Assembly (NCBI GenBank): GCA_964016885.1 | Contig: OZ024747.1 | Span: forward strand, 44,516,001-44,580,000 | DNA from: Eledone cirrhosa | Lineage: Eukaryota | Direction of reading: 5' to 3' | DNA length: 64,000 bases | Shown here: piece after piece, positions 26,171 through 38,078 of the stretch | Layout: the number at the start of each line of letters is the position of its first letter | Position numbering within the stretch: the first letter of the stretch is position 1 | Position numbers and translations under genes: made by a program | The notes under the pieces: generated by a model | Databases searched by the model: none | What the model was told of the DNA's origin: nothing | What the model saw: only the letters and a program-made list of their open reading frames with translations

Positions 26171-28915
26171 ATATATATATATATGTGAGAGTAGTGTGAC
26201 TGTCAGTGAATGTTGTGTGTATGTATGTGTGTGTATATATATATATATGTGAGTAGTGTAACTGTCAGTGAATGTTATGTGTATGTATGTGTGTATATAT
26301 ATATATGTGAGAGTAGTGTGACTGTCAGTGAATGTTGTGTGTATGTATGTGTGTGTATATATATATATATGTGAGTAGTGTAACTGTCAGTGAATGTTAT
26401 GTGTATGTATGTGTGTATATATATATATGTGAGAGTAGTGTGACTGTCAGTGAATGTTGTGTGTATGTATGTGTGTGTATATATATATATATGTGAGTAG
26501 TGTAACTGTCAGTGAATGTTATGTGTATGTATGTGTGTATATATATATATGTGAGACTAGTGTGACTGTCAGTGAATGTTGTGTGTATGTATGTGTGTAT
26601 ATATATATGTGTGAGAGTAGTGTAACTGTCAGTGAATGTTATGTGTATGTATGTGTGTATATATATATATATGTGAGAGTAGTGTTACTGTCAGTGAATG
26701 TTGTGTGTATGTATGTGTGTGTATATATATATATATGTATGAGAGTAGTGTGACTGTCAGTGAATGGTGTGTGTATGTGTGTGTGTATATATATATGTGT
26801 GAGAGTAGTGTGACTGTCAGTGAATGCTGTGTGTATGTATGTGTATATATACATGTGAGAGTAGTGTGACTGTCAGTGAATGCTGTGTGTATGTATGTAT
26901 ATATATATATGTGAGAGTAGTGTGACTGTCAGTGAATGTTGTGTGTATGTGTGTGTGTATATATATATATGTGAGAGTAGTGTAACTGTCAGTGAATGCT
27001 GTGTGTATGTATGTATATATATATATGTGAGAGTAGTGTGACTGTCAGTGAATGTTGTGTGTATGTATGTGTATATATATATATGTATGAGAGTAGTGTG
27101 ACTGTCAGTGAATGCTGTGTGTATGTGTGTGTGTATATATATATATGTGAGAGTAGTGTAACTGTCAGTGAATGCTGTGTGTATGTATGTGTGTATATAT
27201 ATATATGTGAGAGTAGTGTGACTGTCAGTGAATGTTGTGTGTGTGTGTGTATATATATATATGTGAGAGTAGTGTGACTGTCAGTGAATGTTGTGTGTAT
27301 GTATGTGTGTGTATATATATATATGTGACAGTAGTGTGACTGTCAGTGAATGGTGTGTGTATGTATGTGTATATATATATGTGTGAGAGTAGTGTGACTG
27401 TCAGTGAATGTTGTGTGTACGTATGTATATATATATATATGTGTGTGTGAGAGTAGTGTGACTGTCAGTGAACGTTGTGTGTATGTATGTGTGTATGTAT
27501 ATATGTGAGAGTAGTGTGACTGTCAGTGAATGGTGTGTGTATGTATGTGTGTATGTATATATGTGAGAGTAGTGTGACTGTCAGTGAATGGTGTGTGTAT
27601 GTATGTGTGTATATATATATATATGTGTGTGAGAGTAGTGTGACTGTCAGTCAATGTTGTGTGTATGTATGTGTGTATATATATATATGTGAGAGTAGTG
27701 TGACTGTCAGTGAATGTTGTGTGTATGTGTGTATATATACATATGTGTGAGAGTAGTGTGACTGTCATTGAATGGTGTGTGTATGTGTGTATATATATAT
27801 ATATGTGTGAGAGTAGTGTGACTGTCAGTGAATGTTGTGTGTATGTGTGTATATATATATATATATATATGTGAGAGTAGTGTGACTGTCAGTGAATGTT
27901 GTGTGTATGTATGTGTGTGTGTATATATATATATGTGTGAGAGTAGTGTGACTGTCAGTGAATGTTGTGTGTATGTATGTGTGTATATATATATATGTGA
28001 GAGTATTGTGACTGTCAGTGAATGGTGTGTGTATGTATGTGTGTATATATATATATGTGAGAGTAGTGTGACTGTCAGTGAATGTTGTGTGTATGTATGT
28101 GTATATATATATATATATATGTGTGAGAGTAGTGTGACTGTCAGTGAATGTTGTGTGTATGTATGTGTGTGTATATATATATATATGTGAGAGTAGTGTG
28201 ACTGTCAGTGAATGTTGTGTGTATGTGTGTGTATATATATGTGTGAGAGTAGTGTGACTGTCAGTCAATGGTGTGTGTATGTATGTGTGTGTATATATAT
28301 ATGTGAGAGTAGTGTGACTGTCAGTGAATGGTGTATGTATGTGTGTGTATATATATATGTGTGAGAGTAGTGTGACTGTCATTGAATGGTGTATGTATGT
28401 GTGTATATATATATGTGAGAGTAGTGTGATTGTCAGTGAATGCTGTGTGTATGTGTGTATATATATATATGTGTGAGAGTAGTGTGACTGTCAGTGAATG
28501 TTGTGTGCATGTGTGTGTATATATATATATATATATGTGTGAGAGTAGTGTGACTGTCAGTGAATGCTGTGTGTATGTATGTGTGTGTATATATATATAT
28601 GTGTGAGAGTAGTGTGACTGTCAGTGAATATTGTGTGTATGTATGTGTGTATATATATATATATGTGTGAGAGTAGTGTGACTGTCAGTGAATGTTGTGT
28701 GCATGTGTGTGTATATATATATATATATATATGTGTGAGAGTAGTGTGACTGTCAGTGAATGCTGTGTGTATGTATGTGTGTGTATATATATATATGTGT
28801 GAGAGTAGTGTGACTGTCAGTGAATGTTGTGTGTATGTATGTGTGTATATATATATATATGTGTGAGAGTAGTGTGACTGTCAGTGAATGTTGTGTGTAC
28901 GTATGTTTGTATATA

Positions 28916-29491
28916 TGTATCCCAGTACAACCTGTCCCATGGTCGGGTCGTTGGCGACTAAACTGGCAACCCCACCAATGTTTCTTGGTGAGGAGGATGA
29001 CTTTGGATATCCTGCAGGACTAAAAACAAAACCTGTCAAAGGGCAAAGGAGCTCTTAAGAGTCAATGGCCATCCAAAATCACCGGGAGAGATGACCCCTT
29101 AGCCTTTATCAAGGCAGAATTCTAGGAGAAGGAAAACTCTGATATAACACCTGCAACCCTGATGGTATCCAATGATGTTGACTTGTTCTTCTTTTTGGTA
29201 AATATCATCTTGGTTAAGAGAGTGGGACTGGCTTTGTGCAGTGCCTTTGCTCACTATAAAAGCTTCACAGCACAGGCATTGCTTTGTATCTGGAGATCTC
29301 TCTGCACTTGTCGTCACATGGTACCATGGGCCCAGCACTATGTGTCAATAATTGTCACAAGTGTAGTGTTTGTACCAGAGTTTTCAAGTCGCTGGCTGGA
29401 CTAAAAATGACACTCGTTCAGTGTATCGGTAGGGGTTCTCCTACATGGATATAAAGTAGTGGCCGTACTCGAAAACGAGTTGGCAGCCACC
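28916..29491 (+). mobile_element. Non-autonomous bipartite RTE derivative, copy 4
   Basis: Same extent as copy 3, inside minisatellite 4. Confidence 0.85.
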
Positions 29492-29944
29492 ATATATATA
29501 TGTATGTGAGACTAGTGTGACTGTCAGTGAATGTTGTGTGTATATGTGTGTGTATATATATATATATATGTGAGAGTAGTGTGACTGTCAGTGAATGTTA
29601 TGTGTATGTATGTGTGTATATATATATATGTGAGAGTAGTGTGACTGTCAGTGAATGCTGTGTGTATGTATGTGTGTATATATATATGTGTGAGTGTAGT
29701 GTGACTGTCAGTGAATGTTGTGTGTATGTGTGTGTGTATATATATATGTGTGAGAGTAGTGTGACTGTCAGTGAATGCTGTGTGTATGTATGTGTGTGTA
29801 TATGTATATGTGAGAGTAGTGTGACTGTCAGTGAATGCTGTGTGTATGTGTGTTAGTGACGATAGAGAAGTCATCCAGTGTGTATTGTAGAAAATTCAGA
29901 AACATATTTTGGATTGTATGTAGGTGTGCATGCATATGTACCAC

Positions 29945-29947
29945 CAC

Positions 29948-29980
<33 letters not shown>

Positions 29981-30240
29981 GGTTTAAAGTCCGCTTTCGC
30001 TGCTAGCAAGGGTTGGATGGATCTACATAGACCAAGTCAATACTTAATCAGGACTACTGACCTCTCAGACAGGCTACAGGGTATGCATCTAGCTTATGTA
30101 TGGTCTCATGTTCTACTGAGTGCACAGGAGAAGTTGTCAAGTCTTTGAAGGGTCCTCTGTTTGACAAGCTTTCTACAGCTGGGTGCCCTTCCTATCACCA
30201 ACCACTTTGCAGGGTGCTCTGGGTGTGTTTATCATGTAAA
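29945..30240 (-). mobile_element. RTE 3' UTR fragment
   Basis: (CAT)n followed by TTTCTACAGCTGGGTGCCCTTCCTATCACCAACCACTTT. Confidence 0.7.
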
Positions 30241-30639
30241 TCATGAACTCGAGGGGAGCTATCATGTCTTTGACATGATTAAAGGGTCCCCCCCAACACT
30301 TGGTTCAGCAAACTTTCTACTAGGGTGCAATATTGAGGATATCTAAGGGTTTTATGGGGGTGACAGCAGTCACAGAATAAATATAAATACAGGAGGGGGC
30401 ATAGATGGAGTGGGGGTGGAATAGTGATGGAGGGAATAGCTAAGGAGTGATAGTGGAGGGGTATAGGTGGGGTGCATAAGAGTGAGGAGAGTGGCTACTA
30501 GAGTGTGATGGTGAGGATAGCTACTAGGGAGCACTAGTGGAAGGGGAGTTGGGAGGGGGGGGGGGGGGGGGGGGGGGGCATGGGGATAAGTTAAGTTAAG
30601 CCACATTGTATGCTGTTAGCCATGCCTTCATCAGCACAG

Positions 30640-31160
30640 CATAGCGCCAGCCCTCACACTTCTTAATCATTTCTGTTGTGAGGTTTAGTCTTTTAAGGTT
30701 GGTCTCGACAACCTCATCCCATGTCTTCCTGGGTCTGCCTCTTCCACAGGTCTCAGCCCTGGGGTTTCTTTAAATTTTTTATACAGCTGCTATCTTCCAT
30801 ACACATCACATGTCCATACCCACGCAGTCTTCTCTCTTACACACTACATCCAATTCCTCTTAAATCAAATTTTTCTCTCAGTTTGCCTAAGCCATGTTGC
30901 CCATGCACTCTAACATTGTACATCCATTGGAACATTTCCTTCTGGCCTCTGCAGGTCTTCTGTAGTCAAGGCCCGTGTTTCATTACCATGTAGCACTGCA
31001 GTTAGCACACAGGCACCACACAGTCTATCCTTCACTCAGAATACAACCCTTTGCTGTCAGCAATGGTAACAGCTCTCTAAACTACTTCCAAGATGTTCTT
31101 ATCCAAGCTATCTCACCTTTGATGCATTCTACCTCACTGTTAATTAGATCATCTATCAAG
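30640..31160 (-). mobile_element. Decayed RTE ORF C-terminal fragment
   Basis: Reverse complement gives ERRLRGYGHVMCMEDSSCIK..GRGRPRKTWDEVVETNLKRLNLT. Confidence 0.8.
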
Positions 31161-31264
31161 TCTACAAGTCAATGCAAGTAGTGTGCCTATCTAATAAGAT
31201 ATGCAAATGTATGTATATATGTGTTTTATCAACTATCTATATTTGTGACTATTAAGGGATATGT

Positions 31265-31915
31265 ATCATCATCATCATCATCATCGTTTAATATCCACTT
31301 GCCATGTAGCATGGGTTAGATGGGTTGTCCCATTTGCGGTAAGTTGGGTCAAGTGACCATGCCCTGCTCATACTGAACTGTTTCTAGCTACGTTTCTACA
31401 GGTGGATGCCCTTTCTAATGCCAAACAAATTTACAGTGTGTGCTGGGTGCTTTTTGTTGTGACTCGTACACGACCCTTTACAGTGGGCTGGGTGCTTTTT
31501 GTTGTGACTCGTACACGACCACTTTACAGTGGGCTGGGTGCTTTTTGTTGTGACTCGTACACGACCCTTTACAGTGGGCTGGGGTGCTTTTTGTTGTGAC
31601 TCGTACACGACCCTTTACAGTGGGCTGGGTGCTTTTTGTTGTGACTCGTACACGACCACTTTACAGTGGGCTGGGTGCTTTTTGTTGCGACTCGTACACG
31701 ACCCTTTACAGTGTGCTGGGTGCTTTTTGTTGCGACTCGTACACGACCCTTTACAGTGGGCTGGGTGCTTTTTGTTGTGACTCGTACACGACCCTTTACA
31801 GTGTGCTGGGTGCTTTTTGTTGCGACTCGTACACGACCCTTTACAGTGGGCTGGGTGCTTTTTGTTGCGACTCCTACATGGCCACATTACAGCGTCATGA
31901 CACCTACACGATCTC
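31265..31915 (-). mobile_element. RTE 3' UTR fragment containing a 45-bp tandem amplification
   Basis: (CAT)n tail and an RTE UTR motif, then ~10 copies of TTTACAGTGGGCTGGGTGCTTTTTGTTGTGACTCGTACACGACCC (31430-31890), ending in GACACCTACACGATCTCATT as in the full element's UTR. Confidence 0.85.
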
Positions 31916-31938
31916 ATTATCTCATTTATTTGTGGATT

Positions 31939-32128
31939 GGGCGGTGGATTGGCAGTATCGGTAGAGGGTCGGACGCCATGCTTTCCAGCATAGTTACGTC
32001 CCTTTACGATCTGAGTTCAAATCCCGCCGAGGTTAACTTTGCCTTTCATCCTTACGGGGTCGATAAAATAAAGTACCAGTAATGCACTGGGTAATTGCTG
32101 GCCTTGTGCCTAAAGTTGAAACAATTAT
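31939..32128 (+). mobile_element. SINE family A, full length
   Basis: GGGCGGTGGATTGGCAGTATCGG start, box B, core and tail. Confidence 0.9.
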
Positions 32129-32234
32129 CTCATTTATTTTTTTCATATATATATATATATATAGGTATATATATATATATAAATATATATATATAAGGGC
32201 ATTTGTATCTTTATATTATCACATATGTATTCTT

Positions 32235-33230
32235 CTATGTTGAGGCCATGATCTTCACCCAGTACACTGGTCCAACCCCTGAGCTCTACAGTCGTTATCA
32301 ACGATTGTATTGGCACCACCTCTCCCTCCCATGAACAGCTTCATTCCTTTCTTTTGTCCAGTCTTTTCATCCTGCCCTTACCTTCACCACCTCAGTCTCT
32401 AACTCTTCTATCCAATTTCTTGACATCTCTCTGTCTATTGACCACAGCCACCACACTCTCTATCTACTATAAGCCTACCTCGACTTCACTGCCTCCTATC
32501 CCACCCACACCAAACTCTCCACACCCTACTGCTGATTCCTCCATCTTCGTCAGCTCTGCAGTCAGGACCATGATTTCAAGACTCAGTCCCTTCACATGGC
32601 CTCCCGCTTCATCCAATATGGATATTCACCCACTCTGATCCAAGCTGCCCTCGCCAGCACCCGTGAAACCAACCATATCACAGCCCTCTCACCCCAACAA
32701 CACTCTCCTAACACCTGCCTTCCTTTTCCACTCATCTACCACCCCATTACCCTATATCTCCAGCAACATAACCTCCTTTGCTCCCACATCCTCTCTTCTG
32801 CCCCCATCACTTCTCACTTTTTTCCAAACCCACCTATCACCACCTTCAGGCAAGCCCGTAATCTCCATGACCTCATGCTACGTAGTTCCCTCTCTTTCCT
32901 CTCCTAGGACTCCAATCCCCCCTCTCATCCCTGTTCTCGTGTTCACTGTAACACCTGACCTTCATTTCTAGCCTCACCACTCTCACAGGCACCAATGGTT
33001 CATTCCGTATCCGCCACTCCTTCACCTGCACATCCACCCATGTAGTCTATGCCCTCTTGTGTTTCCTTTGTGGGACCTTATACATCGGACAAACAGGATG
33101 CCATTTGGCAGACCGTTTTGCTGAACATTTGGGTGACGTACAACTCAGTATGGATACTCCCATCAGTCATTTCTGTTCCCCAGGTCATCTTTCCTACATG
33201 TCTCAGTCCTTGGTGTCCTTTTACATCATA
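32235..33230 (+). pseudogene. Decayed Penelope-like element (RT thumb, linker, GIY-YIG)
   Basis: MASRFIQYGYSPTLIQAAL, PLIYHP, PPITTFRQARNLHDLMLRSSL and HVVYALLCFLCGTLYIGQTGCHLADRFAEHL, with frameshifts. Confidence 0.85.
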
Positions 33231-33397
33231 GATCAGGTGTAGTTGTCATGACAAAAAGCACCCAGCCCACACTGTGTGTGAGATAGAGAGGGATCACATA
33301 TCTCTGAAATAGAAGTATATTTGTGTATTTGATGTATGTGTGTATGTATGCACACACAAACACATACACACATATATTTATATATATATATATATAT

Positions 33398-33515
33398 ATA
33401 GGAAAAAGTATGACCCCGACGGCAGAGATCAAGCCGTTTTGACGGCTATTTCTGGTCCAGAAATAGCCGTCAAAACGGCTTGAGCTCTGCCGTTGGGGTC
33501 ATACTTTTTTCCTAT
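33398..33515. repeat. ~58-bp-arm near-perfect palindrome with nested hairpins
   Basis: The arms meet at a 1-nt centre (T33456), and each arm contains AGCCGT-N4-ACGGCT. Confidence 0.95.
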
Positions 33516-33591
33516 TTCCCACTCTACTACCCTAAGTATTGAGTACTCTGGTGCGTTATGGTCCATTGGTTCCTTACCACAATTCCTTTGT

Positions 33592-33623
<32 letters not shown>

Positions 33624-33739
33624 CATATATATTACAGTAAACAGGAGAACGGGCAGGCGAACCAAGAACACACACCTTGTCCGTTCCCTTGTCATTTCTG
33701 TTTGGATTGTCTTGGGAACGTAACCTTATTATATAAGAA

Positions 33740-33789
33740 GCTGTCTGATGATGTCACAGCACTGGGTACACAGAAATATGTATCACAGC
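33740..33789 (+). ncRNA. Type I hammerhead-like motif (family shared with 42107 and 59270)
   Basis: GCUGU-CUGAUGA-UGU..ACA-GAAA-UAUGUA-UC-ACAGC, with AATAAA 7 nt downstream. Confidence 0.6.
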
Positions 33790-33840
33790 ATTACCAATAA
33801 AGGACTTTAACATTTGAAACTACTTCGCATTTTCTCATTC

Positions 33841-33887
<47 letters not shown>

Positions 33888-34104
33888 GTATATAAATATA
33901 TATACACAGACATACATATATACTCTTATTGGAATGTGTTGTTCTCTGATATTTCTATTTTTTACTTATATATTTGCATGTATACATATATATATGTATA
34001 TATGTGCGTGTGCATGTGTGTATGTTTATGTGTATGTTTTCTCATGGTTTTGGTAAAGATGATAAGAAATTTGATGAATTGGTTTATAGTTAAGGAAAAC
34101 TTAA

Positions 34105-34385
34105 ATAATTGTTTTTACTTTTTGGCACAAGGCCAGCAATTACCCAGTGCATTACTGGTACTTTATTTTATCGACCCCGTAAGGAAAACTTAAATAATTG
34201 TTTCTACTTTTGGCACAAGGCCAGCAATTACCCAGTACATTACTGGTACTTTATTTTATCGACCCCGTAAGGATGAAAGGCAAAGTTAACCTCGGCGGGA
34301 TTTGAACTCAGAATGGCAAGGGCCGTAACTCTATGCGTCAAAGCATGGCGTCCAACCCTCTACCGATACTGCCAATTCACCGCCC
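34105..34385 (-). mobile_element. SINE family A with a duplicated 3' half
   Basis: Full copy at ~34195-34385 plus a 90-bp duplicate. AAGGAAAACTTAAATAAT occurs at 34092, 34181 and 34393 (TSD). Confidence 0.9.
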
Positions 34386-34458
34386 TAGTGAAAAGGAAAA
34401 CTTAAATAATGTAAGCTATATATATACCAAAAAATGGCATATATATATATACATACAT

Positions 34459-34504
<46 letters not shown>

Positions 34505-34539
34505 ATATAAGCTTTGATTACAACTGAAAATGTAACCCA

Positions 34540-35045
34540 CGTTTATTGCCATTGTCTTTTGTCCTTTTCAAGCACTTTTCTATTTTATCAGCACTATCAC
34601 CTTTACATAATTATAGATTGTTAGTGATTGCATTATCTTATATAAAGAGAGAAATCAAATATCTTCTTAACTTTATATATAATGTCACTTTTGTTTTCAT
34701 TTTAATAATATTATTATTTGCTTTTTAGGTTATTGTTTTTTTTTTATTTTCGTCGTTTATATCTGGGATGTTTTGTATTCATAAGTAAATTCAAAAGAAG
34801 CTATTTGTTAAACACTGTTTATCTTTCATTATCTTTCACAATCATTAATTATTTGGCAAGCAAAGGTAGTAAGACTGAACTATATAACTTTAAACAAATA
34901 AATATATAAAACAAATAAATATATAAAAATATATATATATATATTTAAATTTAAAAAAAAAAACATAAATGTATTTTGTCTGATACACCTCACCTAAAAA
35001 TTAATTAAGTAATTAATGTAAGATCTATGCGTTAATACAATCAGC
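34540..35045 (-). other. Possible terminal exon / 3' UTR of an unidentified host gene
   Basis: Strong acceptor TCTCTCTGTTGTTTTCTCTGCAG|GCTGATTG at 35045, early stops in all frames, and a repeat-free AT-rich stretch with minus-strand AATAAA (e.g. 34542-34547). Confidence 0.3.
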
Positions 35046-36861
35046 CTGCAGAGAAAACAACAGAGAGATGTGTGTCTCACACCAAGTGATTTTCTTCAAA
35101 GAGGGTTAACATAAGCAGTCTGTGACTATATATATTTTATGTATTATATATACATACTGTATAAACTCATGTATAAGCTGAGAAATATGTGAAAAAAAAA
35201 ACATTGATGAAAATATTGGGGGTAGACTTATATTTCAGATCAATATTTTGCTGATTTTCACTAACTTCAAATGTTACATAATGTGTGTGTGTAAGATCAT
35301 TTGTTCAATTCTGGACTGGGTGGCATGTTGTGTCTTTGAGCAAGATGCCACCCATTTCATTATTTCACATTGCCTCAGTCCACTCAGATAGAAAAAATAA
35401 GTTGTACCTGTAATTTAGAAGTACACATTGTATGATTAAAAAAAAAAGAGCTAATAAAAAAACATATGGGTCACCTAAGTAAATAACTAAGTAATTTTTT
35501 ATAATCAAAATGATAAACATTCATTGCATTCTAAATTCAAATTCCACAACATGTCCAAGTAATTTTCATCATCGGTCAATTACAAATCTTTTCAATAACA
35601 GTATAACATTGGTGTCAATGATTATTACATGGCATCAGAAGTAATTGTACAAACATTGGTGGAATTATTTCAATGAGATTCTCTTTCTCTATTATAGTCT
35701 TTTACTAGTAGCAATCAATAAATATTAATGATCATGTACTACAGATACTTATTCAATTTTGAGGACATTTATATCTTGTTGAGACATATTTTGACCAGTT
35801 TCCTCTGATTATTCAATTATTATCATTATCAAACTTATAATAATTTTAACATCTGGTTTTCCTCACTGGCATGGTTTCTATAAATGTAATTATTTGAAGA
35901 TGCAGTCTCATAACCATTCATACTAAATAGTATGACAAAAGAAAATGAATGTAAAACTAAAAATTATGAGAATATAACAAAATATACCACTGTTAAAAAG
36001 AGAGGGCTGTGGTTTGGCAGAATTGTTAGAATGCTGAAAGAAATGCTTTGAAGTATTTCTTCCGACTCTTTATGTTCAGAGTTCAAAAGCCACAGAAGTC
36101 AACTTCTGAGGGTCAATAAAAAAAAAAGCACCAGTCAAGTACTGGGGTCAATTTAATTTCATTTCCCCCACTCCACCTCCAACCCAAACTGCTAACTTTA
36201 TGCCTAAATTAAAAACCATTAAAAGGAACTAAATAAATAAACCTTCATATTTGAATAAAAAAAACAAATATTTTATAAAATTACCTAAATTTAATATATT
36301 TTAAATATTTTAAAAAGAAAAATATTAACTCCTTAGATATTTTCCCATGGATTATAGCAGAGTTATCAAATAATTTAAATATCAAATACTAACAAAACAA
36401 CTTTCAGAAATTTATTCACAAGCAAAACTGTTGAAAACAGAAAGAAAAAAATAACATACTAGAGATACAATGCCACAGCCTAGAATCAGGGGAAAAGTAT
36501 GCACTTTAAAACATATATATATAGTGTAATACAATAAAATCACGAATATCCATCTAACAACATTTTTCTTTTATATAGGAATATGTAATTTATCTTTGAA
36601 TTTCTTTTGCATATTTGTTAAACTACATGCTGCTGTCATGAAAAGACAATGTTAAAGAATTCAAAATTCTAGTTTAAATATTTAAACAACTTAAGCCAAC
36701 AGCAAATATTAGTTGTTGCTCAGATGTCTTATTAAATTTTCTATTATATTGTAAAATCTTTTCTTTATATTTGATATAATAAGGATTTATACTAACTATT
36801 TTAGATTAAGTTGCGTATGTTTTTAACTTATATTATATTATATTTCTTTGTTTTAACATAC

Positions 36862-36929
36862 CTGCAGGCAACTTTTCTTCCATGCCATTAGAATATTCAT
36901 CCATGGATTGTTGACAAGCTTTGAGCAAT
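36862..36929 (-). CDS. Possible 68-nt internal exon of an unidentified host gene
   Basis: TTGTTTTTTAG|ATTG...CCTGCAG|GTATGT. Two frames are open (LLKACQQSMDEYSNGMEEKLPA or CSKLVNNPWMNILMAWKKSCLQ), and GC is higher than in the flanks. Confidence 0.45.
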
Positions 36930-37917
36930 CTAAAAAACAAAGGTAATATACTAGTAGAGAACACACTATAGGGATCTATATTGTTGGAATAAAGAGGAAA
37001 ATACATTCTAAATTTCGTTTTTGTATTTATTTTGCAAGCTTCTTTATGTGGAATTGTGTGATGAAACAGATATTATAGTTTACAAGGGTTGTGGAGTAAC
37101 TGAAACAATATCAAAATGAAGAAGAGTCTGACAGACCCAAAATAGTAATTGAGAATATCATAGGATGTGTGTGACAAAAGAGCTTTGACAATTAAATAAA
37201 CATTTGGTTGCTAAACTAACTAGTAATAGACATTGAAATGAAATGCAACTGGTGCCTGTGTTTTTATTGGCAGCATGACCCTCCCAAGATATAATAATTC
37301 TTTCTATATATTTTAAGGAAAACTAAAAGTAACATCAAACTAATTTTTATTTCAAGAAGTATATAAAAATTATATTTACCTAAAGGTAATTAGATTGAAA
37401 TACAAAGTTTTTAATTAAAAAAAATATTGAAAATTTACAATTTTATTGCTAATTGCCTATATATTTTATTTCATTGTGGTGAAAAAATGTTTTAATTTGA
37501 GAGTGTACAAGAGTATTTCTCTTTCCAAATACAAAATTATAATAATGATGATGATGATGATGATAAATTAAGAATAATATTGTATATGAAGATTTAATGA
37601 GAATATAAATCAGTTTAAACCCAGTGACTTCATTTTAAAGTTCACATTACTAAACAAGGAATTTCTTGATAAATTTCAATTTATCATATGTTTTCCATGT
37701 TTTTTAATGAAGCCTTATGTGATGAAGTATTCGTAAAATTTACCATTAATTTCAAACTTATCAATTTTGCAGGAAAAATTTAATCAAAAAAGAACTGGAA
37801 GCATTCCAGTCTAAACATATTTATAAATAACTGAAATTCTTGAAAATTCTGTATGATAAGCAAGTTGTATATCTTAGTTTATTATTTCCTAAAAATTTAA
37901 TTTGGTTTATGTATATA

Positions 37918-38078
37918 TAATTGTTTCTACTTTAGGCACAAGGCCAGCAATTACCCAGTGCATTACTGGTACTTTATTTTATCGACCCCTCGGCGGGATT
38001 TGAACTCAGATCGTAAAGGGGCGTAACTATGCTGGAAAGCATGGCGTCCGACCCTCTACCGATACTGCCAATCCACCG
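37918..38078 (-). mobile_element. SINE family A (internal deletion)
   Basis: Reverse complement of 31939-32128 lacking ~26 nt of the core. Confidence 0.85.

Larger units (their letters stand above)
23230..29855. repeat. Minisatellite 4: ~60-bp unit, core GTGAGAGTAGTGTGACTGTCAGTGAATG plus a (TG/TA)n linker
   Basis: Roughly 90 units, interrupted by two element insertions. It is the source of the spurious CESSVTVSECC ORFs. Confidence 0.97.

Noticed and set aside
23230-29855. CRISPR-like look (constant 28-bp repeat with variable spacers)
   Set aside because: The spacers are only (TG)/(TA) slippage variants, there are no cas genes, and the context is eukaryotic.
19944-29874. Many Cys/Val/His/Thr-rich ORFs in the ORF track
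   Set aside because: They are translations of micro- and minisatellites.
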